NCBI RefSeq assembly: GCF_009914755.1
Contig: NC_060926.1
DNA: 64,000 bases
Origin: the human T2T-CHM13v2.0 reference genome, Homo sapiens
Direction: 5' to 3' (one strand)
The translations under genes were made by a program, and so were the position numbers. A model generated the notes under the pieces. It made no database searches and was not told the origin of the DNA. It was given only the letters and a program-made list of their open reading frames with translations. Positions 28,825-46,200 of the stretch are shown here, piece after piece (the first letter of the stretch is position 1; the number at the start of each line of letters is the position of its first letter).

Positions 28825-30320
28825 CATTCATTGGGAAAAGGACAATCTTTTGAACAAATAGTGCTGGGAAAACTCATTTTCCAGATGTGAAAGAATGAAG
28901 TTGGACCATGTCTTAGTCCCTTTGTGTTGCTATCAGAAAATATCATAAACTGGGTAGCTTATAAACAATAAACCTTTATTTCTCATTTCCCTCTGAAGGC
29001 TGGGAAGTCTAAGATCAAGACATCAGCAGATTCAGTGTCTGGTGAGGGCCTGCTTCCTCATAAATAATGCCTTTTATGTGTGCCCACTTGGTAGAAGGGG
29101 CCAGATAGCTCTTTGGGGTCTTTTTCATAAGGGCACTAATCCCATTCATGAGAGGTCTGCCCTCATGACCTCATCACCTCTCAAAGGCCCCAACTCCTAC
29201 TATCATCACCTTGGGGGTATCAATACATGAATTTTGGGAAGAAACAAAGATTCAGACCATAGCAGACTTCTACATTATAGAGTACACAAAAATTAATTCA
29301 AAAATGGGTCAAGGACTTAAACATAGAGCTAAAACTTAAAACTCTTAGAGGAAAACATACGGTAAAAGCTTTATGACATTGGATTTGGCAACGATTTCTT
29401 GAATATGACACCAAAAACACAGTTAACAGGAGAAAAAAATAGATAAATTGGACTTCATCAAAATTTAAAACTCTTGTACATCAAAAAACACTATCGACAG
29501 AATGGAAAAGCAATATACAGAATAGGAGAAAATATTTGCAAATCATGTATGTGATAAGAGATTGATATCCAGAATATATAAAGAACTCCTACAACTCAAC
29601 AACGACAACAAAAACCAAACAACTTGGTTTAGAAATGCGCAAAGAACTTAATAGACATTTCTCCAAAGACATACAAATGACCACTAAGCACATTAAAAAG
29701 ATGTTTAACATCACTAATGATGCATATCATCATTAGGAAAATGCAAGCCAAAATCACAATGATACCACTGTGCACCCATTAGGATGACTATGTTTTTTTT
29801 TTTTTTAAAAAAAGAAAATCATAAATGTTAGTGAGGATGTGGAGAAACTGGAATCCTTGTGCATTGCTGGTAGAATGTGAAATGGTGCAGCTGCTATGAA
29901 AAATTATATGGTAATTCTTCAAATAATTAAACATAGAATTACCATACGATCCAGCTATTCTACTTCTGGGTATACACGTAAAGGGATTAAAATGGGACTC
30001 AAACAGGTATCTGTATGCCCACGTTCATAGGAGCACTATTCACAATAGCCAAAAGGCGGAAGCAAACTGAGTGTCCATTGAATAAACAACATGTAGTATA
30101 TACACACAATGGAACATGATCCAATCTTAAAAATGATGGAAATTCTGACATATGCTACAACATGGATGAACTCTGAAGATATTACGCTAAGTGATATAAG
30201 CCAGTCATAAAGGACAAATATTGTATGATTCCACATACATGAGGTACCTAGAGTAATCAAATTCATAGAGACAGAAAGTAGAATGATGGTTGCCAGGGGC
30301 TGGGGAGAGGAGAGAATGAA
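28825..30320 (+). mobile_element. L1MB-type ORF2 end/3' region, interrupted by an MLT1A
   Basis: gggaaaaggacaatctttt...ggatttggcaacgatttcttg...acagaaagtagaatgatggttgccagggg. Confidence 0.85.
28909..29264 (-). mobile_element. MLT1A-type solo LTR nested in the L1MB
   Basis: tgtcttagtcc...ttcagaccatagca termini; L1 sequence resumes after it. Confidence 0.85.
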
Positions 30321-30923
30321 TGAGAAAAAGTTTGCATATCTAAATGGAATAAAAAGTATACAAACAAGCAATAGCACAAAAGTAATTGAGAACTTTACTA
30401 TTCAAACTATAGAAATAGTTTTTAGATAAACACATATAATCAATTCCCAGGATCTCTTTACAAAATGATGAATGCAAATATATGCAGAACCAAAAAGATA
30501 GTAAATTATCACATAGAGAAAAGTTCACAAGTGCCATTTTTACAGATGCCCTGAACACCTGGTAAAGAAAAATAAACAGATAAAAACAGGCATTATTACA
30601 CATTTCTGGTTGCAACATATAAGACCATTTCAATCTTCTAAAGAATAATGTATAAATGTTCAACGCAAGCTATCAATGTATCTCTATTGTTTCCCCTTTT
30701 GGAGAAATATGCCCCAGACTAATGTTTTTGGGTACCTAGAGCCTTGCCTAGAGGCATTTCCTTAGAGGCTCTGAAATGTTAACAGAGATCAAGAAGGAAA
30801 CAAGAATTAGTAAAGTGGCCTGGGTGGGATGTGGCAATGTCCCCTCCAGTTCCAGCAAACTATTGTCTTGCAAAAATATTACAGACCTAGGTTTGCATAT
30901 ATTCCAATTAAAAAAAAAAAACT

Positions 30924-31249
30924 GGCCAGGTGTGGTGGCTCACACCTGTAATCCCAGCACTCTGGGAGGCCGAGGCGGACGGATCACGAGGTCAGGAGAT
31001 TGAGACCATCCTGGCTAACATGGTGAAGCCCCATCTCTACTAAAAATACAAAAAAAAATAGCCAGGCGTGGTGGCGGGCACCTGTAGTCCCACCTACTCG
31101 GGAAGCTGAGGCAGGAGAAGGAGTGAACCCGGGAGGCGGAGCTTGCAGTGAGCCGAGATGGCGCCACTGCACTCCAGCCTGGGGGACAGAGCGAGACTCC
31201 GTCTCAACAAAACAAAACAAAACAAAACAAAAAAAACAAAAATAAAAAA
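30924..31249 (+). mobile_element. AluY with (AAAAC)n tail
   Basis: AluY diagnostics; microsatellite tail. Confidence 0.92.
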
Positions 31250-32911
31250 CCGTCTTTGGGAATTCTTCTACATATGGAAGAATCAGAGCTGTTTAGACAG
31301 ATTGGTGTGACAGAGGAAAGACACCGCTGTGTGTCCCTGCTTTCTGTCCCAACTAAGGTAACATAAGGTAGCACCTAATATGATGCAGGTACCAGAGAAA
31401 TGTCTCTTCTTCTGAAAAGCTTTACATTCATATCTGGAAGGGCTTACTGACATTCACTTCCTAGGGCCCATGTGAACCTACCACATTTTATATCATCTCA
31501 ATGATCTACACACAAACCTCTTCTGGCCATCCTCTAGGGATGTAGCTTTGTGAAATCTTAAATTCTTTTTGGGGTGAAGGCAGCGGAGGGCAAGGATAAA
31601 AGTGAGTTTGGTTTGTTTTTTCTTTTTATTATTTTTAAAAAATGTATTCTATTTATGCTTAACAGCTTCGCTGGCTCTCTATACAACCTCCAGATAATAG
31701 TGACAGAATCCCCTTTAGTCCCCCACCAAATACCAGACAGCATCATTAGTTGAAAATGGCCAAGGCATGTTTTCCCATTTAAATTAAGAAAGTAAATTGC
31801 AACAATCTGTTTTCCCTTGGAAGTTGTTAAATTCTTTAGGTTGGGATTTCCACCAACTGTTTAGATATCATTTCCTTCCATATATGCCAAGACATTGTTT
31901 CCCAAATGCTTCCAATGTAGTCTTTTAAGACTCAAAGCAGTCCCAATACCATTGCTTCATATACCCCATCCTCCTCACCTGCTCCCAAAGATATTCATGG
32001 AAGGGCTCAATAAAGCTGCACTGAGCCAAAGTATTTCCACAAAGTTCTAACAGCCCTGCAGAAAGCATACCCTTCCGAGATACCTCACCAGGAAGTGGAG
32101 TCTTTTATAAGAAGAGGTAGGTGGTTTCAGGCAAGCAAAGGAGAAGGAAGGACACAATAGAAGGGGAAAAAAGTGAGTGTAGGGAAAGGTGGCTGGATGG
32201 GTTTGTGGGTGGGTGGGGGAGTTAGGGGAAATGGCCTGGGAAGTCAAAATGCATGCATGTGAGTAGGGAGGATACATTGGCCTGAAAATAATCTTAGCTA
32301 AATGGGAAAGACTCATAATTTGATCAGAAAGGTTAATGGTTAAGGGTTTTGAAGACAGAACAATATGGCCAAGTCAGTGGGAAAAAATACTGTTTGATTA
32401 TGCATGCAGAGAAACACAGACATATAGTAAAATGTGACAGTTTTAAATAAACACATTTAACAAAAATGTTATACCATTACTACAGGTCTTTTCAAAAACA
32501 AGAGATATTGCCATAGGTTCAAATAAATTAGTGTTTCAGGAGCTGGTAGAAAACATAAGCAGTAAGATTTAGTAATAGCTATGAGAATGGAAAAGAAGAA
32601 ATATCCCAAGATGCCTTGTTTTCCAACCAATCAAATCCCACCCATTCTCCAAACTCATCAAGTTATCTATGCACCTCGAAGAAACCACCTCTGGCTTTCG
32701 GTCCAAGGTGGCATCTTTCTCTATTAAACATGTTATTTATGATCCACACCACCATTTCTCACCTAATCATATGCCACTGCATGTAGCTATGAATCTTCTG
32801 ATACCTTGTATCCCCATATCTGGTTTCCCCAGTGAGAGCAAAAGACTCACGTTATTCTGCAGATACAGAAGCTCAATAACTCTGAGGAGAAATAAAATTT
32901 TTAAAAATACT

Positions 32912-33080
32912 GAGCTAAGCATGGTGGTGCACGCCTGTAGTCCCAGCTACTTGCATTTGGGAGGGTGATGTGGGAGGATGGCTTGAGCCCAGGAGTTAGA
33001 GGCTGCAGTGAGCTGTGATTTCACCACTGCACTCCAGCCTGGGCAAGAGAGGGAGACCCTGTCTCTTTAAAAACAAAAAA
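32912..33080 (+). mobile_element. Alu monomer (FRAM/FAM-like)
   Basis: Right-arm-type monomer only. Confidence 0.8.
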
Positions 33081-33629
33081 TAGAGACAAAAGTATGGCTT
33101 CTAAACCAACATATATTTACAATCCAATGTTATTATATGATTTTATTTCAATTCATGATGACATATTGGCCCCCAAAATCTATTCTTAATCTCCAGAGCT
33201 TCTCTTGGGTATGGTTCTCAGGTTGAGCATGTACACTCCGGAAGCACTACTAATGGGCTTCCCCAGACTCAGCCCCATTAGAAGTGTGGAGCATACTTTT
33301 GGAGGCTAATTTTTTCCCCAAGGATTTGAAGAAGGGGAAACATCAAGTTACATTGTTATTCAATTGGTAATTCTAACATCATTTCTGCATGAAAACATAT
33401 GTATATTACAAAGAGGTTAAAGTAAAACAAGACTTCAAGTCATTTCCCCCTGGCAGCAGACTACTCTGGGCTAAACTGCCAGAGGCCAGAGGGCTTATGA
33501 TCTTCTGCAGCAGGAATACCCTTGTGGAACACTCTGGGAAGCACTATTTTAAGGATTCCCCAAAACTGAGAAGGAAGTGCTAATGAAGAGAACAACGATT
33601 GCTGATCCAGCTCTTCCCCCAAGTTAAGT

Positions 33630-33812
33630 GTGGTGTTATGCATGTTACAAACATTTGCTCACTTCTTTCTCTAGTCCTACAGGAGTTATGATACCCATCT
33701 GACATAACCTGCCCAAGCTGAAGCCACTGTAGTAGGTAACAAAAACAAAAGTGGGATTCAAAACACAGGCCTATTTGAACACCAATGCTATTGTTCTTTC
33801 TAACCACACAGT
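33630..33812 (-). mobile_element. MIR fragment
   Basis: taacctgcccaag...gggattcaaaacacagg...ctttctaaccac. Confidence 0.55.
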
Positions 33813-35114
33813 CTCCTAAGTAGGACTGACAGATAGGACCGTAGGCCTAACTAGTTTTCAAAAGAATACTTCAAATTATAAGCAAGTATTAACGTATCTT
33901 TGAACAAACAGTTAAATAGCCTTTCACAGCTGTGTCTACTGACATTTCCTAGGTGAGGGAATAGTGCACCAGATACTGCCAAGCCCAGTATTAGTATAAG
34001 AAAGGGTCCTCAGGAATTAAGTAGACTCCTGGAGAAGGTCCTAAGGAGCACTCAACAATCTTATATTTAACTGAATTACTACAGTAATTAATAACTGGGT
34101 GCCTGCTAAAATAATAAAATATGCTGGAATCTGAAAGCATGGAGAAATTTGTCTTATAAAGAAATTAACTGGCTCCCTTTCTCAGGCCAGTTTCACAAGA
34201 GCTTCTTCATAGGTCTAAGAATCAAATCTCAAATTTTCAATAATTTTTCTAATCACACAGTGAATAAAAAAGCATGTGGTGCCTTTGCAGCCTTCACTAT
34301 GGGATTCTTGAGGCCTTTCCAAAAGAGATAGCCTAATTATAACTGCCAACATTGCAAAGAAATTGCATCACTCCTGTTACATACATCAGTGAGGAAATGG
34401 GACAGACAGAGGAAGGATTTTCGTGTTGGCGGGGAAGGAGAGTAGAGTATATGACTAATGCCTGCATAACTCTGGAAAAGATATAGAATTTTTGCTCTTG
34501 AGTGAAAAGATAAGCTTAGGTATTGTATTAAAATCAAGCCCTTTGACTGAAACAGGATAGCCTAGAAATAGTTCAGAAGCACGGGATACTTGAAACTTAA
34601 AATGTGCTTTCAAAGAGGTTATTTTTATAAACCAAATATGCACAGGAAATTTTGTTGTTCTACTCCTATTCCATAGCCTAAAGATCTGTATTGTCCCAGC
34701 ACAAAGACCTTCTTGGACTGAATCCCAGTCACAGCTGGTTTACTTGAAAATCATGAAAACCTTACTAAACATCATCTTGTTCCAGAAAGCATATTCTTAT
34801 AAAGATGCTTTCACTCACCTACATTTCTCCATTTCCAAGACCAAATAGTGACTCTTTTGCCCTCTCCTCTCTCTGAGCCACTAACCCCCATTCCCACAAA
34901 ATGCAAAAAAAAAAAAAGAGCTAAAATAATTTCCATGTCTTGTATTCAACTTGTGTCTACTTAAAATATAAATTTTAAATTTATACAAAACCAAAAAGAG
35001 TTATAAAACTTCATCTGTGATATATGCCCTAATCATTCAGCAGACTTGTAATTCCTATCATTTGAGAAACTTCTAATTTATTTCGTTTCATGATTAATAA
35101 CAGACTTCCGGAAA

Positions 35115-35600
35115 CTGAAACAACATTTCTGTAGGGATATTTATCAGTATGTCTCAAATTAAATGCGCACATTCTTTGCCTCAGCAGTTTCATGCCTAGA
35201 AATTGTTTTTTGAAATACTGACACAAATGCTCAAAAATGTAAGTGTAGGGATGTTTACTGCAGCACTATTTGTAATATCAAATATTAAGACCAACCCAAA
35301 GGACCATTAATAGGGTAATGGTTAAAGAAATTATAGTACAAGCATATTAAGGAGTACTATCAAGAAGTTATAAACAATGAATATTGAGATGGATTGATGT
35401 CTAAGGCATATTGCAAAGTAGAAGCAACTATTTACAGAAGAATGCATATAACATAATACATTTTTGTTTAAAAGTACACTTGTGCATATGTGTTTCTCTG
35501 TGTGTATTATTATATATAATCCACCATTAACACTTCTTTCCTTTGGTGAAGAAAGGGAAACAATTAGTATTATTTGAAATTTTATGAAAAATACAATACT
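35115..35600 (+). mobile_element. L1ME-like 3' fragment
   Basis: gatgtttactgcagcactatttgtaata...aacccaaaggaccattaatagg. Confidence 0.6.
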
Positions 35601-36003
35601 CTTCTGGAATTTTTAAATAGAATTTTTCTTTAAAAACGCTACCTCAAAAAATATGGATCAGTTGTTCCTTTTGTCAAATATTTCAAAATATTAGGTTCAG
35701 GTGACATATACCTTTCACAGATGTTTTATATACACAGGAGTGAATACACAGTCAGGGTATATATTCATCCTGTATATCACACAGATGTGAATATTCAGGA
35801 TGTTTTAAAATGAACATTTAAAGAGCTTTCATTTATAATCTTAGAGAAAAAATTTTTACTAATGAGAATATTTTCTTCACCAATATGATTTCCAATGGAA
35901 AACAAAATCCCTCAGATAAGTTAAGACATGGAATCAAGGACCTACTACGTTCTCAAATGGAGAGGGTACCAAAAATAACTAGGCGTCATAAGAAGGGAAA
36001 CTT

Positions 36004-36368
<365 letters not shown>

Positions 36369-36852
36369 TCAGAAATTTGATAATTGTGCAGCTATATACT
36401 GGCCCTTTAACAGACCTTGAGTTTCATTTCTGGGGGGATGGCTTGCAAGAGATTTACTTTTTATTCTTAGTCAAAGAAACTTTGAAATAGTTGTCTAACA
36501 TGGGAATAAGAGTGAGAGACTCTGAGCCATTAATAGTGTGCATGGTGCACCTCCACATCATGGGTTACTTTGGCTACTTTTCCTTCACTGATTCAGTCCC
36601 CCTGACAGATATTATGTTCCATAATGTTTCTCTGTTATTTATTTAACAGCTTTTTGTCAGTGTGAGTGATACAGCATATTCAATGATATATTTTTCATGG
36701 TATCTAATACACATTGTCACAGTATACCTTTAACAATAGTCCTGAAACTCAAAAAACAAACTGTAAGAGAACGAACAAAATTTCTATAGCTAACAATTTA
36801 ATTTGGGAGGTCAAATACATACTTGGAAATGTGAATATTGTAAATCAAATAA

Positions 36853-37192
<340 letters not shown>

Positions 37193-38789
37193 ACCTTGGG
37201 ATTCTTATTCTTCTGTCATTCTTTCCACTGATGACCAATTTTAACTGTGCTGGGTAGGACACAGACATAGGCATAGAAAGAGCAAATAAGTACTAAATAG
37301 CCACAGGCTACTAAAATGTCACTCAACTAAATGCTGTATTTTGATACTGCATTTGACAGCTGACGTAATGTACAAGAAAGTATTTAACAGATACATGTTC
37401 AGGAACATGATCACAGTAATAAAGCAACAGATGCTTAAGTGTTTCTGCTTTCCACATAGGGTATCCATAGAGACTATTAAAAAGACTTCCAGGGAAAGGT
37501 AGGATCTGTCATTAAAAATGCATCTCCTCATATGAGAGATACAGTAAACACAAACCTTCAAGATGCCCATAATTTTTAATGTACTTTTAAAAAGACATTT
37601 ATACTATGCAGCTCATTTCTGCAAAATGTGACTTGATTACAAAGTACTCAGTGGCTTACATTATTTATTTAAGAAGACTGAGTCACTTTCCTAAAGTTTT
37701 ACAGCTATCCTAGTCTGTGAAAAAATTCTAAAGCTTAAAAGCTCTCAAGGAAATGAACCAAAACATTCTGGAAAATTCATTCTCTGCAGGGAAGATAATC
37801 GTGGCTATAAGACCAGTCAGCCTAAGGAAGTACACAGGGAAGAAGAATGACCTCATGTAACAGATCCTCAGATCTTTTGAAGGAAATAATAATAACAAAA
37901 AAGAACATGCCTGTCTTCCTGCTTAAGATATGTAGCAGAAAGCCAGACACTTCTTCAAGTATTCCTTCAGGTTGTATTTCAGGCCTGTTACATATTTCAG
38001 CATCACACTGCCAACCTTCTCTATAGAACCCAGAATTTCTTGTGAAATTATGTCACTGTGAGTGTTTTAGGCCTCACATTCATCTGAGAAAAACACTCTA
38101 GTAATATATAATGGAACCATGCAATGGCTATGGTTGGCTAACCATGTTATACTACATTTTTACTAAATGCAATTGAGTGCCAGAAAAAAGTCTTCTGTTT
38201 GAATCCATACAATAAAGAGCTTAGCAACTTGTAGTATCCACATAGGATACTCTTGATTTTTGTAATAATTGAGGAGAAACATGGCACTTGAGTTGGAGAC
38301 TGGGCGTAAGTCCCTTTACATGAACTTTAATAGTTAAAAAGCATAATTCTCCCTATGATTTGCCCCATGAATATATACTTACTTGCCTAAGCATTAGTCA
38401 TGCCTCTCTCTGTCATGTCTGCTAGGATTCTGTAATAAAGAGATTCTTCAAAGTCTCTTCCTAGACCTTCTAGGAGAAGAAAATGATGTTTTTATTTCCC
38501 AAAACCCAGTAAGCTTGTCCTGACCAGCCAGGAAGGTTCAGAGGGTCTTCTACTGCCTCCCCTAGTCAAAGATCTGTAACTTCAGAATTAGTGTCACTTT
38601 TTAATTGTGGTGAAAGCCTCAAAATACATTAAACCCCAAAGAGATTTTCACTACTGAGATTTTTATCATCTTGGAAAATGTTTCCTGTCTTTTGGCACAT
38701 TTCTGCATTCAAACATTTCCTGATCTTCCAGGTCACCAGTTCCAGTGCTCCCACTACAGAAACCCTTCCATCTCAAGCTCTCCAATCCA

Positions 38790-41175
<2,386 letters not shown>

Positions 41176-41293
41176 AAGTGCTTTCTCAGTAGAGCTTAGT
41201 CAAAGAATACGAGCTTTCTGGTATAAAAAAGTTACCTATTTGCAAAATAAAAATAATATACTTAGGTTTATGTGGCAGATAATACTTTCAAAA

Positions 41294-41586
41294 CTTTTTT
41301 TTTTTTTTTTAAGACAGGGTCTCTCCTGGCTCACTGCAACCTCTACCTCCTGGACTCAGGTGATCCTCCCACCTCAGCCTCCCAAGTAGCTGGGACTAGA
41401 AGTGCATGTTACTACACTCAGCTAATTTTCTTTATTCCATGGTATAAATACTTCCACCATGGAAGGGTGAAAGACAGGGTTTCACCATGTTGCCTAGGCT
41501 GGTCTCAAACTCCTGAACTCACATGATCTGCCCACCTCAGCCTCCCAACGGGCTGGGATTACAGGCATGAGCCAGCACACCTGGCT
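41294..41586 (-). mobile_element. AluJ with an internal deletion and a foreign insert in the linker
   Basis: Lacks the tcacccaggctggagtgcagtgg segment; non-Alu sequence at about 41435-41470. Confidence 0.85.
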
Positions 41587-41599
41587 CAAAACACTTTCA

Positions 41600-41775
41600 C
41601 AAACATTTGTTTAATTTTCCCAATTACCTTTTAGAAGGTCTTCATGATCCTTCCTTTCCCCAACACAGAGAGGAAGGTGCTAAATGATCTATACCAGGTC
41701 ACACTGTCAGGCAGTGGCAGTGCTGGGACTAAAACCTAAATGGCTAGACTCCTTGCTCAGTGCTCTTCCCACTAA
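41600..41775 (-). mobile_element. MIR
   Basis: aggtcacact...gtggcagtgctgggactaaaacc...tgctcttcccact. Confidence 0.6.
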
Positions 41776-41834
41776 GTCTAAATTAACAAATGAAAACAAT
41801 GTATTGAACTGTGTGTGTGCTGCACTTAGAAGAC

Positions 41835-41990
41835 TATACTGAAGTTACTTGTTCATGTCTCTTTTCCCACAGGCTATGTGTTCCTATAAAATAAAGTTGA
41901 TGTTTTATTCATCTGTGTATTCCTAGTGCTTAGCACAGTGCGTGGTACCTTGTAGGTGTTAAAATGCTTGTTGAATTTAACTGAATACTC
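41835..41990 (+). mobile_element. L2 3' end
   Basis: tgtattcctagtgcttagcacagtg...ttgttgaat. Confidence 0.7.
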
Positions 41991-43059
41991 ATATCAGAGC
42001 CAAGTCTTCTTCTCCATGCAAAACAGATTGGTTATTCTATCTCAATACTAAAGACTTCACTCTGAATATATAAAACCCTTAATGATTCTTCTGAAAAGCC
42101 CTAAGTTTCACACCATCCAGCACCTTCTGAGTCTTTCACTGACAATGTATGTGCCACAAGATGCAGGAGGTTAGAAGAGCAGTAGGCAGTCCTCTAAATC
42201 AGTACTCCAATTCACTTCCCCCTTCCTGATATGATCAAAAGGCTGTGCTGAAAATCTAAGATTTATTCAATCTGAAGTCACAGGCTAGAGACATATGCTA
42301 TATATTTTTTTCATGCTCTGAATGTGGGAGAAAAATGAGTTATAATGGTATAATGGAAAAACATTGAATGAGGTATCAAGAATCACAAGTTATGAACCCA
42401 GTGAAGACTCCAAACAACTGCGTGATTCTATGCAGATTTCTGTCAGTCTCTCAGCTTCCTTATCTACAGCATAGGGGTGATGATCATCTGTAGGGTCGTT
42501 CCCAGCTCTAAAATCTGTTACTCTCTAAGTGGTCATGATTTTTATGACACTGTATCCAGTATCTTATCCCCCTCAGTCTCTGAACTCAAAATAGCTAGAG
42601 GATTGCCATAATTAGGTTAGGGTACAGTGGTAATAGTCAAACATAAATGAATGAATGAACAAATGACTAGATAAATGGGAAATTCTAGAAATTCTACACT
42701 CCTCCATTGAACTTTCTTTCAAGACACAAAGTAGAAGCAGAAACTTTATGAACAGCAAATCCTAAGTCCCACAACACAAAAGTTTCAAAATGCTTTAGAA
42801 ACAAAGGAAATATCTCCCTTTAGCTTCCATTATTTTTTATCACATGTTAAGTCAAGAGGACTACTGAGTGTTATGGAGAGATTAGGATCTGAGGAATGCT
42901 GGACTCGTTTGAAGTAAGCTAATCAATGAAACAAGTCCTTCTCTTAATTCCATTAATTTATCTCCCATCGCCATAAGGGGCCCACCTATCTCACAAAAGG
43001 TTGGTCACTGATATGCTACCAACAATGCCAAAAAGAACAAGCATACAGGAGAATACAAT

Positions 43060-43240
43060 CAATGGTGTGCGGGAGTCTATTGTTAACTTTTTCAGGAAAC
43101 TTGCAAGCTGGTTGTTAGATGTTGGTAGCTTGAAATTGGCCATGGTAGAAGTATTTATACCATGGAAATCTAAAAATACTACAGACCAGGGTTTTTTGTT
43201 TTTGTTTGAAAGAGAAATCCAGTTTGTCAACACACTACTG
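43060..43240 (+). mobile_element. MER63-type hAT-Blackjack element
   Basis: gttggtagcttgaaattggccatggt...agtattta.acca.ggaaatc core; ends cacactactg. Confidence 0.7.
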
Positions 43241-43309
43241 ACCATGGCACTTGGCTAGAAAGGCTCTGGGCTCTGGGAAAAACAGATAATGCAACACCAA
43301 CAGAGAACA

Positions 43310-43485
43310 AAGAGAAGATTCATAAATCAAGAAACCTGGGTTCTAGTTCTAATATTCCCATTAACTGACCATGAAAACTGGAGCAAGTTTCTAAATCTCT
43401 GTGCTGTTGACTAAAATGTTAAGAGAAGTTAAACAAATGAACTCAAATATCTCTTTAGGATCTAAAACTTGGGATTTTATGATTC
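43310..43485 (+). mobile_element. MIR3-like fragment
   Basis: acctgggttctagttc...ctctaaaact-type end. Confidence 0.55.
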
Positions 43486-45081
43486 TCTGTCCGGGTCATA
43501 CCTACCCTGACTCCCGAGATCTTACAGGAAATTCTCCAGGAACCAAAAGCTGGGCAGCAGCAAGACATGGATCAATCTTCCCATCTTCTGCTAGACCACA
43601 GTCTAGTGCTGTTTCAGTCTGATGCATTTGGCCAACGCACCACACTCCAACTTAGTCATAGTTCTAAAGTTCTCAGGACTCTTAATTTTTTAGTTGCATG
43701 AAAGAAAGTTTCAGAAAGCCTCCAGCTGACTCAAGCGTTACATTTAGACTTAGGCTAGAGGCTCTCAGAGCATTTCTGGCCATTATTTGTCAAGTGCATG
43801 CTACTTCTATCCTGTTGCAGTTGTGAGGTTCCATAAGAAGCCCTCTAGGTATGAGGGCAGGAATGAAAAGTGCCATGCTACCAGAAGATTTTTAAAAAGC
43901 ACATATCCTAACACCAGAGTTCCAGTCTTGATCCTGAGCCACCATCCTGAATCCCTTATACAGTAAATCCCTTGAAGGGAGAGACTGCGTATTACCCACA
44001 AAACCTGGCACAAGAATCATAAAAAGATTTGCTAAAGTCAATTCCCTGGTTTGGTAGAGTTTGGGGGTTCATTGACCTGAGATTGGTATATGGGCAATGA
44101 ATAACATTTAGTTAAATGTTTCTCCCAGAGCAACAGAGGACTCCTCAAAATAAGTGCTCATGACAAGCCAGCACAGATTTATCCTATCATGTAGGATGGC
44201 AGTGTTATTGTGCAAGGTTTCATCCTGAAAAAAAATGGAAATGTTGCTTCTGCTCTGCCAAGTGTTCTCACTTAGGGATGCAAAGATTTGTAAATATGAT
44301 CATTGTTCCATGGTCATGCGCTTTGAAAGAAAAATGCATGTAACATATTTTGGGATCAAGTAAATAGCAATGGTACATTTTGACATAATCCTAAAAGTGA
44401 TGACAAGAACAATATCTAGCAGGATCTATTTGTAAGTGTGTTGGAGCCAGATTTCTAAAAATTCAGTCAGAGAGAGCAGAACTTAAAAATAGACAAAGCA
44501 GTTTAAACTTAGAATGAATTCTAGAAAATGATCATATGTATCTAATCTAATTCATAAAAATAAATCTTTAGAGACTAAAACAAAAAGGGGGGAGTTTTTT
44601 AGGTCAGTCTGTTATGTCCGATCAGATCAGTACTTAAGCCATTGAAAACAATTCTTAAAGCTCCCTAGGAATATAGGATCCATGAAGTCTTGGAAATTCA
44701 GTCCAGGACTAACAGCTTTCCCCAAATCAACAAGATTTTAAATCTAAAGACTAAAGGTATACTTCCAGTGAACCATGTCACAAAATTCAATTGTATATCA
44801 AACAGAAATACAGCCAACAGGACACTGAACTTCAGTTCTCCTTTTAAAATGTTCATTATTCAACACATTTTTATTGAACTTGATCCAAATATGATTCAGA
44901 CATGGTCAGTCTGTAAAGTCAAGAAGTCCACAGAGCACAGTAGAAGGCTAGCACATCCACAAATGTAACAACATAGCATACAGACAGCAGTGATAACAAC
45001 AGCCCACCGAGAAGATACATGCAGATTCTGAGATCATAATGCCATTCCAGGCAATGCAATGGCTCAGCTAGAGACAGGAGC

Positions 45082-45389
45082 TTTTTGTTTTGTTTTGTTT
45101 TGAGGCAGGGTCTCACTCTGTTGCTGAGGCTGAAGTGCAATGGTGTGACCATAGTTCATTACAGCCTTGACCTCTCAGGCTCAAGTGATCCTCCTGCCTC
45201 AGTTTCCTGAGTAGCTGGGACTACAGGTACACACTACCATATATGGCTAATTTTTTTTATTTTTAGTTTTGTACAGACAAGGTCTCCCTATTTTGCACAG
45301 GCTGGTTTCGAACTCCTGGCCTAAAGCAATCCTCCCACCTCCATCTCCCAAAGTGTTGGGATTACAGGCATGAGCCACCATGCCTGGAC
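45082..45389 (-). mobile_element. AluJ
   Basis: Diverged antisense dimer with (TTTTG)n tail. Confidence 0.88.
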
Positions 45390-45813
45390 TAGCAGCATCT
45401 TTTAATTAAGGGCCAGGTTCCAGGGTGCAGTGCTCTTCCTTTTTAGTGGGTGCTATCACTTCTAAAGGTAACAATTATTTTCTGCTCAGAGGAATTAAAC
45501 AAACAAACAAAAAACTCGCAAGGCATTTAAGGTTTAAAAAAAGCAATCCTGTTTCAATACAAAGGTCTTGTGCAAAGGAGGATGGCTCTCCACATGAATC
45601 AAGTGGCAAAGTCCAGACATCTAGGGCACTGTACTTCTGTAAAAGGAGACACACCAGGAAATGCCCAAGCTCAGGAGATAGCAGTACTGGGGCAGTGGGA
45701 AGCATTGTTGAAATGCAAAGAGAGAGAAGAGCTGGCCAACAAGGCCTTAAAGCTCAAGAGGAGGCATTTTTAATTAGAAACTTGGAGTGACTTGGATCAA
45801 AATTACATGGGAA

Positions 45814-46150
<337 letters not shown>

Positions 46151-46200
46151 TCAGTTTAAGGTTCATTATTTATGTTCCCAGTATTTATGCACAAACCTAT

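Noticed and set aside
35766-35802. Imperfect hairpin catcctg...caggatg as a possible miRNA
   Set aside because: Too short (37 nt) for a pre-miRNA; mismatched AT-rich stem.
37460-37498. 39-nt + strand candidate exon (ccacatag...AAG|gtagga), with similar cases near 43821 and 61517
   Set aside because: Short unrecognised peptides; such pseudo-exons are expected at this density.
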